NCBI RefSeq assembly: GCF_001194135.2
Contig: NC_068994.1
Location: forward strand, 22,869,812-22,933,811
Direction: 5' to 3'
DNA: 64,000 nt
Source: Octopus bimaculoides
Taxonomy: Eukaryota
Part shown: positions 38,526 to 52,200 of the stretch, piece by piece
Layout of the letters: every line of letters begins with the position of its first letter
Position numbering within the stretch: the stretch's first letter is position 1
Translations under genes and position numbers: made by a program
Notes under the pieces: model-generated
What the model was told of the DNA's origin: nothing
Databases searched by the model: none
What the model saw: the letters and a program-made list of their open reading frames with translations, nothing else

Positions 38526-39647
38526 CAAGGTTTGATGGGTAAATTGTTGCCATTTTATATTTTTAATTTTGCACATGTGCATTGCTTGTTTTTAGTTTTG
38601 TTGACTACACAGTATAGGTCAGTTGGGCATCATCTGTGAGAAAAACAGCACTATGATGCAATTCACTCTGCCAGAAATTTGGAAACGACATTCTGTAGTG
38701 CTTGGCATTTGCACCGGAAACTCCACTATGAACATTTCAGAGTGTTTGGGTGTCAATCTGAGGAGAGTGCAGAGGATTCAGAAAGAGTTGGATAAGTTTA
38801 ATGGTGATTACAAAGGCACGGCAGCCATGATTGACAACGATCCCTCCAAGTCAATCAGGTCCATTACCAGAGACATGGGAGTGTCTATCAGGCAGGTAGT
38901 GCATGAAGGCATTCGATATTCCTCATACAAGACAAGAAAGGACCAATTTTTATCCCAAACCATTAAGGACAAGAGTAAATATTGTGCAACAAAGCTTTCG
39001 AACAAACTCAAGCATCCCCTCCAATCAAACATGCTTTGTTTTTTCTCAGACAAGAAAAATTTCTACCAGGATCAGATAGTGAACACACAGAACAACCGCT
39101 GGCTAGTTAGGTCCCTAAAACATGTACCAAGAGTGATAAAAATCAAAAATCCCATCAACATCATGGTGTTTGGAGTGATCACTAGTGATAGCAATGTTAT
39201 GCCTTCATTCATCTTCCCACATGGCTTCAGACTCAACACAGAGGCCTACATCAAATGTCTGGAGGAAGTAGTGCTGCCATGGGTGGGTCAAGAGGGTAGT
39301 TGCTGGAAGACCCTATGCCTGTTAGTAGGACTCTGCACCATGCCACACAAGCAGGAGGATCCAGTCATGACTGTCAGACAATTTCTGCGACCACATCGCC
39401 CCTCTCCCCAGGCTGCAACCCCTTGATTATTATGTGTGAGGCGCAATTGACCAACAAAACTGCTTTTAACACCAAAAATGAACTGAAACCAAGGATTATG
39501 ACAGCACTCACCAACTTAAACAAGGAGACCATCCAGAAGAGTTGCAGGAGATTCCAAAGTCATTTAAAGGCCGTGGTTGAAGCCAATGGTGATTTTATTG
39601 AATAAATTTCCTCTTTTGTATTTCAAGATATTTTTATATAAACCCTG
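38526..39647 (+). mobile_element. maT/DD37D-like Tc1/mariner element, frameshifted transposase
   Basis: FFSDKKNF, NTQNNRW, MVFGVITSD, QQDSAPCH, RFQSHLKAVVEANGDFIE. TA-flanked ends caaggttt / aaaccctg. Confidence 0.88.
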
Positions 39648-40464
39648 TATATATGTATACTTTCTTTTTGATTTTCACAGTTTGCTTCAATTTCTGGTGA
39701 AATCTATGCTTGTGTATTTACCAGGTTTCTTAAGTCTCACATTGTATGGTCAGTTCCATCACAGAACACCAGAAACCTGAAATCTTAATTTTTTTTGTAA
39801 CATGGCCATCACAGAAGCTATTGTGGTGTTGACCAACATAGCTATTAAATTTGCCAGCTATGATAATGAAATCACTGCTGATCATTGTTTGCAGAAAAGC
39901 CTCACTTCTGGTTATCTGTCAATCTAACTTGTAGAAAATGTTGCTATAACTATTCAGTTATCTTTTTGCACACCATGAATTTCTCACTTATTTTATGTAC
40001 TTATTTCTCAGTTAACAATATGCCTACACTAACCCCCACCCTCACTTTTAATCAATATTCCTACTGCTGTTTCTTGCCTGTGAAGAGTTTAGCTAAGGAA
40101 CCTTTCCATCTTACTTCTTGTACACAGTGCATATCCACTCCTCTCTGCTCCAGCATCTTTACAATCTCACCAGACCTACCTGTCATTGTGACTACACTGA
40201 TGATGACAGCCCTTAGGTTTTGGAACTGTGGGTGGGAGGTTTACTGATAATTTTGTTGATTGTTCTTAGATTTCTGAACCTGTTGGGAATAAAAAACTTG
40301 CGCTGTGACATGCTGATAATTGGAAGGTTCACACAGTTATGGTTGTCCTGTCATTTAATTTGCTATCATTCACCCATTCCCCATAATTTTGCAATGTATA
40401 AGTGTTGTATACTTTGTTATCAATTAATATCATTGGTATAATAATACTATTATTATTATTATTG

Positions 40465-40685
40465 TTAAGCTGGTAGAACTGTTAGCAAATTGGAAAAAAA
40501 TGCTTTGTGGTATTTCTGACAGCTCTTTACATTCTGAGTTCAAATCCTACTGAGGCCAACCATGCCTTCCATCCATTTGAGGTCAATAAAATAAAGTTCT
40601 AATCAAGTACTGGGATTAATGTAATTGACATGCTCCTCTCCTAGAAATTGCTGGCCTTGTACCAAAACTAGAAAGAATTATTATT
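40465..40685 (+). mobile_element. SINE family B
   Basis: aagctggtagaactgttagc...ttctgagttcaaatcc...gaaagaattattatt. Confidence 0.82.
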
Positions 40686-43600
40686 GTTTGGTGTATAGCC
40701 TCAGTTATTTGATAAAGGAGGGAGAAGGATAGTGATACCGAGTACAAGATGTACATGTAATATGGGTGAGACAAAGGCAGTGTGAGAGGAAGGTTAAAGT
40801 TTAGTTTACTAAATGGGAATAAATCAGGATAGCTTTCTGCCATTTGGTGTGTGTGTGGGGTGGATAATATATCATGAAAAATTCAAATGACCATGGAGAG
40901 AGAGAGATATATATAAATAAACAGTTCAGAGAAATGATTGGATGTGGCAAAGGAAGAATTTCTTACTTTCTTTCAACAGAGCACAAGGCTTTTGTCTGAG
41001 CAGCATTGAGAGTTGAAGTGGCTGGGGCCACACTGTCCAAAAATATAAGTGGAGAGGAAGATCAATTGACCAATTTTACTATAAATATTGCAGATATAAA
41101 GAATTAAATTCTAATCATACTATGTTATGTTTATATCACATAAAATAGCATAACATTTTTTCAAATAAAATTTATATTGAAGTCAAGGGGCATTCAAATC
41201 TTTGGAAAAGATCTTTAACGTTATTTATTATATTACTGCACTATCATATCAATGAAGACAGATTCTTTGAATTTGTTTATACCACATTATGGACATTCAA
41301 CTTCCATTAGGCCTCCACAGCATACAAGTAGAAATTAAAAAATTCTGGTCTATGAATAAATCTACAAGTGAGGTTAACCATACCACCTAAATCTTTTGGG
41401 ATTGCTATTATATATTTTGTCTGAAAAAATTAACAAGATACTGCAGAGTCTATCTTTTCTGTAACTTTTTGTGATAAAGTAATGAAAAGACAATCTATTT
41501 TAGAAGTATTTTTTTATTACAAAAAATGAAAGCTACAGAATGAAGTGATGGACTGCAAAGAAATTTAACAATTATTCTGAAATGAAAACTAAAGTTTTCT
41601 TTATACAGAAATGATGGGGAAAACTTTTAATGGTTTTTACCAAATATTCTGGAGAACATAAAAGAAATAAAATGTGGATTAAATTGTTGCCAAATGAAGA
41701 GCAGATATACCAAATTAAAAACTGAAGTGTAACCTTGAGGAGAACTGCAATACTTAAACATTTCCATAGACTTAATAGTTAATTTAATTCATTAACTTAA
41801 TTTTTTTTTATTCCATTTATCAAGTTTCTATTTTTTCTTTCTTTTTTTCTTACCTAAATATTTCACTAATGCTGATGAAAAAATAAACAGAAGTACAGCA
41901 TTATTTAAGGGTAATTTTGATTGAGAATGTCTTGAAATTTAAATTATTTTCTTTTGTTATTTTATCATTGTTTTCTATATTGATATAATCTGACAAGCAA
42001 AATCAAATGGATAAGTTACAGAAATCTTATATCTATCTTGCTCTTCAGTGTATGAAGGCCACTTTGAGCTTGAAAATTAGAAAACAACTTTAAATCATTA
42101 ATTTATTTGTATGAAAAGATATCACTGGCCACAACAACTCATAAATTGTCTATTTCAAGCTAGTTTACAGTTCTTATCAAACTGTCTCCCAGGTCTTACT
42201 TACACAGATTCCAGTAAATGAAATAGAAGTTTAGTACTTTTCTCAAGACACAGAATAGCACACAGTAATGGAAATGAACTAGAATCTTCAGAAAGGTTAA
42301 TAATCTACCCACCCAATTCTCCAAACTTTTCAACTATGAATTAAAAATTGCAAATGTTTTTAGTGTTTTGACCTACAATAAATAAATGATGAAAATGAAA
42401 GTAATCCAAAAGAAAATTGATATTAGAGCCTTTTTTTGTATACTATTCAGCAAAATCTGAATATTAGAGGTAGGTATCTGCATATTAGAGTCAATAACAT
42501 TAGCAATGACGAAATATTTTAAAAGATCTAGTTTTTAATTTAACTAAATTACTTCAATTCTGAATACAGTTTTGCTGAGACTATTTTTTAAACTGTGCAA
42601 ATGAACAATGTCATTGTTACTTTGATTTTGAGTATGAGAATCCTATGTTGATATGGATGTGATAACTTATTTTCTAAATCTTATCAAGGTTACACTTTAA
42701 GTTTAAAAGCAAGAAGGAACAAGGGACATAGAAAAATACCTTTCATCAATCATGGCATATTTTTGAATGTTTACATATGCATCTGCCATGCACATGCAAA
42801 TATGAATAAATGCAAATATTCCCATATATTTATAAACTGATGTGTACATAAAATGTAAACAATATACAAGTATTGATGAGTTAAAGTTGAATTCAAAACT
42901 GCAATCAACAACACCAAAAAGTTAGCCATTTAATGGTTTTTGTGACTTATTGCATGTAAAACTGTATATGTCTTTAAGATTTCACTAGTGAAATCATTAA
43001 AATGTATGTAGTCAAGATATTTCACACTTCCAATTGGTTACAATAGTTTTGTCACCAACCAAGAGAGATGTTTACAAAGTCAATGCTTCATCAAATATGT
43101 TGCAAGTTTGTTAATAAATATCCACTTGGTTTCCATGCTTACCACCAAAAAGCTGTGTTTAGTACTAAAGACATGTATATAGACTGAAGTTCAATCACTC
43201 TCAAGTCTCTCCTTCATCTCATTTTAGTAAGTGAATTCTCTCCCTTGATCTTATGGTTGCCCTTAAATTGTAATATTTACTAACACCCACACCCATGTGC
43301 ACACAGTGTGTGTGTGTAAAATTCCAAAATGCTCATATGTAAAGTTCCTATAGTATCTATATTTTAGTATTGCTATTTCAAAAATTGAAGGGAAATACAA
43401 GATCGAAAAAGGATTTGTGGAAAAGAAACTGGAAAAACACAAAAGAAGACTTGCCTATATATATATATATATCGTTTTACTTGTACACACATATTAAGGA
43501 ACCATATTTTGTTGTGGTTGTGTGTCTAATGGTCTGGCAAAAAGGAGATTCATAAGAAAGTGAGGTAAAAAGTGAAAAGTGCAATTCACAATAGCTTATA

Positions 43601-43824
43601 TGAAGTTGTTAGACTTATCTATTTGCACACATCTGTGTGTGCATGTGTGTGTGTGTGTGTTTTTCAAATGTATTGAAAGCATTCAAAGACAACTCTGGTC
43701 TAATTCCAATGGTGTTGTGGATGACATGATGATAATGATGATAACCAGCAGTAGAGATTTAAAATAAGTTTTAAATAATGGGAGCATTTTGTTTCCTTTC
43801 TAGTACTGATAATATGCAGGTAAT

Positions 43825-45441
43825 CTAAATACAGAGAAAAGTTGCTCCTTGAATTGTTGGGAAAACTGGTGCACCTGAATATAATTGTATGCTTGTAGGG
43901 TACATCTGAATAGTGGCAGGGTACATCTGAGTGTTATTAGCGGCAGAAATGAGGTCTGTTGTAGTAGGATGGGATGATGCAATATCTAGTTGTGGAGAAG
44001 TTTGCACTAATGTACCAGATGAAGTGTCAGAATGATGAGAATGAGCCAACACAGAATTTGCAGCCACTAGAGCAGTCGTAGGCGGTGCACTGTTGTCATT
44101 CATATGTTGTTGTTGCTGGTGATGATGATGAGAATGTAGCTGGATTAAATCACTATGTGAGTCGTTACTGGCATTATTGCTATCAGGTGAATTTCTACAA
44201 TCATCATTCATTTTGTTATTACATTTGTTGGCTCGAAGATGCCGTTCTAAATGATCTTTCCTTGCAAATGCAAACTGACAGGTACCACACTTGAATGGTC
44301 GCTCTCCAGTGTGAATTCGATGGTGGACTTTTAAGTGTGATCTTTCTAAGAATGTTTTATTGCAAAGACTGCAAGAGTAGAGCTTTTTGCCAAGATGAGA
44401 CCTCTGATGCCGTTTCCATTCGCCCCGGTCAGTAAACACCTGGGAACATATATTACATTTGAATGGTAATACAGCAGAATGAATCCGTTTATGTAAATCA
44501 TGATGGTTTCTTTGTGAATAGGCTTTCCAGCAGACATCACAACTGAGGGGATTATCGTTATTCTTCTCATTTGAGCTTTGTAAATGAGTTGAAGATGAAT
44601 TATTCAAAGGCTTGTCTGAATTGTTTAATGTCTTTCCATTGGAATGAATCCGTTGTCGGTGAACTGTCAGGTGCGTCCTTTGAGAGAAGCATTTTCCACA
44701 AGATTCACATTGAAAAGGATTTAAAGCCTTATGTATCCTTTTATGAACATCTTGGCTTAACTTAGCTCTTTGCGTAAACGTTTCCCAACAAACATCACAG
44801 TTAAATGGGTTTTGAATATGATGTAACTGATTTGTCGACACTGATGACGCTGATGATGATGATGAAGTTGACACTTTGCAGTTAGCTGTATGAGACAATG
44901 ATGGTAAAGAAGTTCCATGTGTTCTTAGATGTCTTGTAAGATCACCGTTGCGAGAAAATGAACAAGGACATATTTGGCATTTAAAAGGTTTATCATTTGC
45001 TGTTATAACTTTAGATGTTTTAGGTTTTGAGTAAGTTGATGCTTGATATGATGTACTATGTTCATGTGACATACTTGAATGACAAATAGATGATTTAGGA
45101 CTACCATTTGAAATAGTTTTCCCATGAATACCCATGTGCCTTGTTAAGTTACCATTTCGAGAAAAAGCATCTCCACACACTTGACATTTGAAAGGCTTTT
45201 CTCCACTGTGTGTAACTAAATGTTGTTTTAAATGAGCTTTTTGGGCAAAACATTTGTTACACAAATCACATGCATAAGGCTTATTAGGTACACTAAGATG
45301 ACTGTTGTCTCGGTAAGAAAGATCTAATGTTTGTTCTTGCTCATCTTGTGGTGAAAGTGCTCTTTCTTCATCATTTGGGCTATGAGAGCCATATTTGGAG
45401 AAGGATTTCCCACTAATGTTAACTACATAAGTTTTCTCCAT
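43825..45441 (-). CDS. C2H2 zinc-finger protein (about 9 fingers in dispersed groups), single coding exon
   Basis: Intact 538-aa ORF. Fingers include YACDLC...HLVTH, FKCQVC...HMGIH and YSCSLC...HHRIHTGERP, with a terminal C2HC-type finger, Ser-rich spacers and a His/Gln tract. Confidence 0.95.
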   Translation of the reverse strand: MEKTYVVNISGKSFSKYGSHSPNDEERALSPQDEQEQTLDLSYRDNSHLSVPNKPYACDLCNKCFAQKAHLKQHLVTHSGEKPFKCQVCGDAFSRNGNLTRHMGIHGKTISNGSPKSSICHSSMSHEHSTSYQASTYSKPKTSKVITANDKPFKCQICPCSFSRNGDLTRHLRTHGTSLPSLSHTANCKVSTSSSSSASSVSTNQLHHIQNPFNCDVCWETFTQRAKLSQDVHKRIHKALNPFQCESCGKCFSQRTHLTVHRQRIHSNGKTLNNSDKPLNNSSSTHLQSSNEKNNDNPLSCDVCWKAYSQRNHHDLHKRIHSAVLPFKCNICSQVFTDRGEWKRHQRSHLGKKLYSCSLCNKTFLERSHLKVHHRIHTGERPFKCGTCQFAFARKDHLERHLRANKCNNKMNDDCRNSPDSNNASNDSHSDLIQLHSHHHHQQQQHMNDNSAPPTTALVAANSVLAHSHHSDTSSGTLVQTSPQLDIASSHPTTTDLISAANNTQMYPATIQMYPTSIQLYSGAPVFPTIQGATFLCI

Positions 45442-46250
45442 TGACTTTCAAATCAATTAAATTTCTATCAATAGGTAAAAGTTTTAACTGATTTCTCAAC
45501 AACTAAGTTTAAATAATAAAAATAAGTTGTTGATCTAATAAACTAAAAAATAGTTATGAAGGGATTCTAACCTCTTTATTATTCTGTCTTTCATTTCATT
45601 TGGTTCATTAGTAATACTGAGACTTTGACTTGATTGCTTTTTGTGCCCCCAGAAATTCAAAATATAAACTGAATTTCAACAAATAAGGCATTAGATAAAT
45701 TTTTTTATAAACTTTGAAAAGTAATTGAACTGTTATACAACAAATTTTAAAATATTTTCCCAAATAGTCTAATAATTTGGACTAGAGCAAATGAGTTTGA
45801 AAAGTGATACATTTCAGTGGCAGTCATATTTTTCCTCCAAAACAATGTTAAATTATGCTGAAGAGTTTATAACTTTTATTTGTCTCATTTTCAAGCTTCT
45901 TTTATAAGTTTCTCCAACATGAATATCTGAAGAATGAAGAGGAAAATAAATGCTGAGATATTTAAATAAACTTTGTATTATTTTAACAAAAGAAAAATGC
46001 AATAATGCATGCTGGAAATGAAAATAATTTTTATTACAATATGAATTAGCAACTTTTCAACACTTAAAACCAGAGGAATTATCACCTATCAAAATAGAAG
46101 ATAATGTGATAGTTAAGTGATTTATTCAAGGACGATGGAAAACAATTACCATATTTGCTGGGTTTCTTACATTTGTTAAACTGGAAGTCTAAAAATTTCA
46201 TAAGCTAAAGAGGCAAAGAAAAAGAATTAGTTACATTACGCAGCATCATA

Positions 46251-46672
46251 AGTGCAGGCATAGCTGTGTGGTTGGAAAAGTTTGCTTCCCAACCAGGTGA
46301 TTTTAAGTTCATTCCCACTCTTCTGTTATAGCCCCAAGCTAGTCAGAACCTTGTGAGGGGATTTGGTGAAGGGAAACTGAAGGAGGCCTCTGTGTGTGTG
46401 TGTGTGTGTGTGTGTATAGGTATATGTATGTGCATGTACCCTTGTCTGGCATCATGTAATGATTGTAAGCAAGCATCACCATTAAACAAACAATGCTGTT
46501 TGTTTCCCGTCTTCTGTAAAAAAACATATCTGGCCATGGAGAAATATTACCTTGTTCAGAAACAGGTGAGGGTTGGTGATAGGAAGAGCATCCAGACAAA
46601 AAAAAATCTGCCTTTATGAATTCCATTTGACCCATTCAATCATGGAAAAGTGGGTGTATGATGATGATGATA
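46251..46672 (+). mobile_element. SINE with family-A head and RTE-like (GAT)n tail
   Basis: gtgcaggcatagctgtgtggtt head, (TG)n, then gggttggtgataggaagagcatccag...gatgatgat. Confidence 0.75.
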
Positions 46673-47084
46673 ATGTGACAATATGTTCTAGATTTACGCT
46701 ACAGACATTTTTTCAAATTGTGTTTATGTGGGGTGCAATGCAATTACCCAAATAAGTTACATCTAATTTATTGCCAAACTTGTTTTAATATACTGAAAGG
46801 TATTTGCATTTTTTGCAAAGTAGAACAGAGTTTTATGCAAGAGAGGTAATTGAATTTGTATATAATTTGTGTTTCTGAAAGATTAGAAATGAAGGGCCAA
46901 GTTTTAGGAATAGTGTCTTATAACTGAAACAACTGTGTGAGCTAGAAGAGATTGCAACTTTTTTGTGTAGTACTCACGTATCTAGCTAGCATTTAAGGGA
47001 CACATCAGTTTTGCAGTGTGCATATTGTAGGAGTTGTGTGTGCAGCTTTTTAGCAGCAAAAGAACATAGTATATTCTTTTACTA

Positions 47085-47420
47085 TGGTTGCACCTCACAT
47101 AGTTTAAGTCACTGGACTGCAGCCATGCTAGAATACCACCTTCAAGAGTTTAATCTATCATACTGATAGGGTTTTAATAAATTACTTAAAGATAGGGTTT
47201 TAATTATATCGATATCTATTTGTTGAATGATCAAGTTACAGGACATAACATAAACACAGCCACACACACACACACATATACACAATAGGTACAGTGTCTG
47301 TCAACCAAATTTCACTCACAAGTTATCGGTCAGCTTAAGGATACAGGAGACACTTAATGAAAGTGTTGTACAAAGGGATCATACCCAGAGCTGTGTGGTT
47401 GTGATATGGGGAACTTCTTA
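47085..47420 (-). mobile_element. SINE family A, decayed
   Basis: Homology to family A. Confidence 0.7.
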
Positions 47421-47857
47421 ACCATACAACATTTTGGGACCTCCCTGTATGATAATTTGTGTAATTTGTGCTAAAGAGTTTACTTTTGCAAATAAGTTAA
47501 TTTAGTTCCATGAAACATTATGAAATCATGTGGACATGTAAGACTTTTTCTATGCTCTCTGTTTCTATTATAGGACAGAAATCTTTACAAAATCCAAAAT
47601 GGAGGGGAATTTTTTGCTGTAGAACTGAAGAATGGTAGCTGGTTGAAGTTATTAAATTGGCAGATTTTGCCTCAACTCCTAACATTTCTAAGTAAATGTT
47701 ACCAACAATAAATATAATATGCTCTGTATCTATATATACTTTATTTTCTGTAACACTTCAGCATTTGAAGCTGTTGAATTTGTTCCAATTTATAAGGTTT
47801 ATACTTTCTATAAATCATTTGACACGAGCTGGAGTTCCGTTTATTTTATATATATAT

Positions 47858-48008
47858 AGGTGCAGGAGTGGTTGTGTGGTAAGTAGCTTGCTTACCAACC
47901 ACATGGATCCAGGTTCAGTTAGACTGCGTGGCACTTTGGGCAAGTGTCTTCTACTATAGCCTCGGGCTGACCAAAGCCTTGTGAGTGGATTTGGTAGACG
48001 GAAACTGA

Positions 48009-48056
<48 letters not shown>

Positions 48057-48075
48057 CTGTGCTTGTCCCCACCAC
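47858..48075 (+). mobile_element. SINE family A running into a gap
   Basis: aggtgcaggagtggttgtgtggtaag...gtggcactttgggcaagtgtctt. Confidence 0.92.
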
Positions 48076-49140
48076 NNNNNNNNNNNNNNNNNNNNNNNNN
48101 NNNNNNNNNNNNNNNNNNNNNNNNNNNNNNNNNNNNNNNNNNNNNNNNNNNNNNNNNNNNNNNNNNNNNNNNNNNNNNNNNNNNNNNNNNNNNNNNNNNN
48201 NNNNNNNNNNNNNNNNNNNNNNNNNNNNNNNNNNNNNNNNNNNNNNNNNNNNNNNNNNNNNNNNNNNNNNNNNNNNNNNNNNNNNNNNNNNNNNNNNNNN
48301 NNNNNNNNNNNNNNNNNNNNNNNNNNNNNNNNNNNNNNNNNNNNNNNNNNNNNNNNNNNNNNNNNNNNNNNNNNNNNNNNNNNNNNNNNNNNNNNNNNNN
48401 NNNNNNNNNNNNNNNNNNNNNNNNNNNNNNNNNNNNNNNNNNNNNNNNNNNNNNNNNNNNNNNNNNNNNNNNNNNNATTTTCTTCCTCTGTCTTCCTTTC
48501 CATTGGACTTTCCTCTGTTTTTGAAGAAGAGCATTGCTCGAAATGTTAAACCATCTTTCTTTCCTTCCCTGCTAATACTTTACATGTACCACGTCCTCAT
48601 GTTGTTGTTCTTTTTTGGTATTTTTCATATATATATATCAAAATAAGCAACAAGGATATTCAAGGTTAATGCAGTACGATTGTTTCATGTGACTCCATTT
48701 ATTTAAGCAATGTGAGCATTACATTAAATGTAAAATGCAGAGCAATCTTCAGCTGCACAAAGATACAGAAAATTTACTGAAATTTCATTTCAGTAGAAGG
48801 ACATATTATTGTAACTACATTTAAACAATCCAAGTGGGAAGAAAGAATACAAAAAACCATTTTGAATTAGCCAGACCATACAGGCTAGTAATTAATTCTA
48901 AGCAGAATTTTAACTGTCACTGATTTTATTTGTTTTTTTTTTTGTTTCATCTTATCAGATCTAGTGATTTAAAGCTTAAGAGGGCACCAGCCTTTTACAG
49001 ATAAGGAAAGGGAAGGGGTAAACAATATACATGGATATGGTTATAAAGATTCTTTTGGTTTTAGTGATACCACTATTTATTATAGGTTGGGGGTTTTTTC
49101 CTACTAGCAGACCAGTTTATAATGTAGCAGGGTAACAGTG

Positions 49141-49189
<49 letters not shown>

Positions 49190-49224
49190 TATGTATATAA
49201 ATATGCATATATACACACACGTGT

Positions 49225-49640
49225 GTGTGTAGCTGTATGGTAAGAAGTTTCTTTCCCTACAACATGGTTGTGGATTCAGTCGCACTGTATAACACCTTAT
49301 GTAAATATCATCTATCATAGACCTTGTGGCAACCAAAGCTTTGTGAGTGGATTTGATACATGGAAAGTGAAAGATGTATGTATGAATGTGTGTGTGTGTG
49401 TGTGTGTGTGTGCATGCATGCATATGTGTATGTGTGTGTGTGTGTGCATGTATTTCTGTCTGTTAGTTTTTGACAACCAATGTTGATTTGTTTATGCTCC
49501 TGTAACTACGAGTTTCAGCAAAAAGAAACTGCTGGAATAAGTACCAGGTTGAAAAAATAAGTACTGGGTCTGATTCATTCAACTAAAAACTTGAAGGCTG
49601 TGCTCCAACATAGTCACATAGACTGCAAAAGTAAAATATA
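49225..49640 (+). mobile_element. SINE family A
   Basis: Head to tail homology. A further partial copy follows at about 49660-49760. Confidence 0.85.
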
Positions 49641-49834
49641 ACACACACATACATGCACGGATGGGGACTTTGAGCAAGTGTCTTCTATTATAACCCAGGG
49701 CCAACCAAAACCCTGTGAGTAGATTTGGTAGACAGAAACTGAAAGAACCCCATCATATATGTATGTATGCATGTATGTAGGTACGTAGCAACGTACATTT
49801 ATATATACTGATGCATATGTATGTATATATATAT

Positions 49835-50115
49835 CGTCATCATTTAACTTAACATCTGTTGTCCAAGCTCGCATGGGCTGGATGGTTTGACCAGGGATGG
49901 TAAGCTGAGGAGCTACATCAGACACCAATCTGATCTGACATGGTTTTTACAGCTGGATGCACTTCCTAATGCCAACCACTCCAAGAGTGTAATGGGTGCT
50001 TTTACATGCCACCGGCATGGGCGCCAGTTGCATGACATGAGTATCTGCTATGACTACGATTTCACTAGGCTTGATGGGTCTTCTTCCGAAGCATGGCATA
50101 ATGCCAAAGGTCTTG
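49835..50115 (-). mobile_element. RTE LINE 3' end
   Basis: Reverse reads MTKDLWHYAMLRKKTH...ttggcattaggaagtgcatccagc...gatgatgac. Confidence 0.7.
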
Positions 50116-50135
50116 GTCATATATATAAATATATA

Positions 50136-50345
50136 CAGGGCTGTTCCAAAAGTCACTGACGGGTTTCAATTTTTAATAACTTCCTTAACTGTACAAATAA
50201 ATGCATGAAATTTTGATACAATATAAAGGACATAATAAAAATTAATATGTACAAGACAAATTTTGCAACATCATTCCATCACATATGAAAAATGACATCG
50301 TTTAGATGGCACCCAACACTTACCTCTTTCCAAGTAAGGTGATGT
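50136..50345 (-). mobile_element. Tc1/mariner terminal fragment
   Basis: TA-cagggctgttccaaaagt TIR-like end. The reverse strand ends in a HLNDVIF-like transposase terminus. Confidence 0.5.
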
Positions 50346-50756
50346 TTCACCATGCCTAAACATGATTATGTAGAAGATTAAAAACAACACATCTTCTGTG
50401 ACAGTAACACTCACAACTATTGCCTGATGTCAAGGCAATTAGACAGAAAAATGTACACACACACATATATACATATTTATGCATATATATGAAATCTGTC
50501 TGATCCATGTGAGGATGCAAAAGTGGATGTTTCACATACGCACACACGGTTCAAATGTACAATAAACAAAAGATGGAGACAGATGAAGGAACAACAAGCA
50601 GATGTATTAGTTTGATGCTAAGGAAAAATGGAAAAATCTTTGACATTTGCAGCCTATTCTCTTCAACAGAAAGGGAGGAGAAGAAAAAATGAAGAGAGAG
50701 GAAAAAATAGAAAGAGAGAGAAAAATGTGTTGGGATTAATGGCTCCACATGTTGAA

Positions 50757-50799
<43 letters not shown>

Positions 50800-51288
50800 A
50801 TGTGGATGATAATATTTTCAACCAAGACATTACAACTGTATCTGTTCAAGGACTTCAATTCTGTATATGTATATATTTTTACTTGATTACTGACATTTAT
50901 CAATGGTTTCTCCCATTGATCTGATGCACCATTTTCTATCATTAATAGAACTGTTGGTATGTTTGACGGGTATGCTAATAATTATACAACTCTCAAAGTT
51001 TAAAAAATTACATATCTTTTTGCTAAGAAGTGTCATACACATATGTAATAGTAGAGAGTGTATGATGAAAGAAAGACAAATTGTGGTATTTGCTATATAT
51101 GTACCATTATTTAGTCAATACTTTTGTCTTTTATTTGCCTAACAAGAAGGAAGAGGGAAACAAAATTGTGAATTAGTATGCTGCTTCTCTGGAATTTTGC
51201 TTGTGTGCTCTCAGAGTTATCAGGCAAGTTATTAATCTCTATGGTATTGAGTACTCTTTGTTCTGACAGTCAACAGTAAGCATGTATC

Positions 51289-51291
<3 letters not shown>

Positions 51292-51384
<93 letters not shown>
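51292..51384. repeat. (TG)n microsatellite, about 46 units
   Basis: Direct reading. Confidence 0.98.
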
Positions 51385-51387
<3 letters not shown>

Positions 51388-51489
51388 CAGACAGAGCGAG
51401 ATTAAGTCATCATTTTTTGAACTGGATTGACATGTGCAGTTATTGTAGAAGTGATATCATAATCAGTGAGTGTAGGATTGATCAGCAGA

Positions 51490-52200
51490 CAACATGGTGC
51501 TACTTGGCTCATTAGAAGGTGATTTCCAGCATGCACTGAATGGGTTTGCTGCCAAGTGCTGCAAGGCAGGGATAAGACATTTGTCCTCTCAAGAGAGTTT
51601 TCTCATTACGTTCTACATATTAGTGGAACATCATTTAGGTAAGGGGAAAAGTTTAAGAGTAGCAAGCCCGTATTCATGAGTGACAAGAAGCAGAGGCTGA
51701 ACTGGATGTTAGAATTGCAGGTGCTGGTACAATAATGCACCAGCTCCAGCATTTGCTCCTCAGAAGGCAAAAAAGATTGATAAAAAAACCAAACTTGCTC
51801 TCTTCAATTTGGTTTCTGTGCTTATCCTCACTCTATGATCATGAATGTTAGGTAATGACCAAGAGTGTAATTGTGGATACAAGCAGTCAAAATGGGGGTC
51901 CTTTGAAGGGTCTCTGGAGGAACATTATTTGTCAATAGGGTGAGGTGCTCAGAGATCAAGAAGTTTCTCCAGATAAAACTGCTCCTCTCCTAAATTGAGA
52001 GATCACAGCTCTAGTACTAAGGGCATGTGATTAGAATGTCAAAGGAAAGGATTGCAAGATGGATTCGTCAAGCCAAGCCAACAGGCAGAAGACCTAGGGA
52101 TAGATTGCCTCAGTTGGTCACACTCAGAATCCAGCTGGAAAGTGTAAAATTGGTTTTCTAATAGGACTTTATGGAGATGTTTAAGGACTCTACTCCCATC
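51490..52200 (+). mobile_element. RTE LINE 3' RT fragment
   Basis: DNMVLLGSLEGDFQHALNGFAAKC...LLS*IERSQL, and a PKGR..W region. Confidence 0.75.

Noticed and set aside
38623-39426. Domesticated or active transposase (267-aa ORF)
   Set aside because: Internal deletions and a frameshift before the catalytic core make it a pseudogene.
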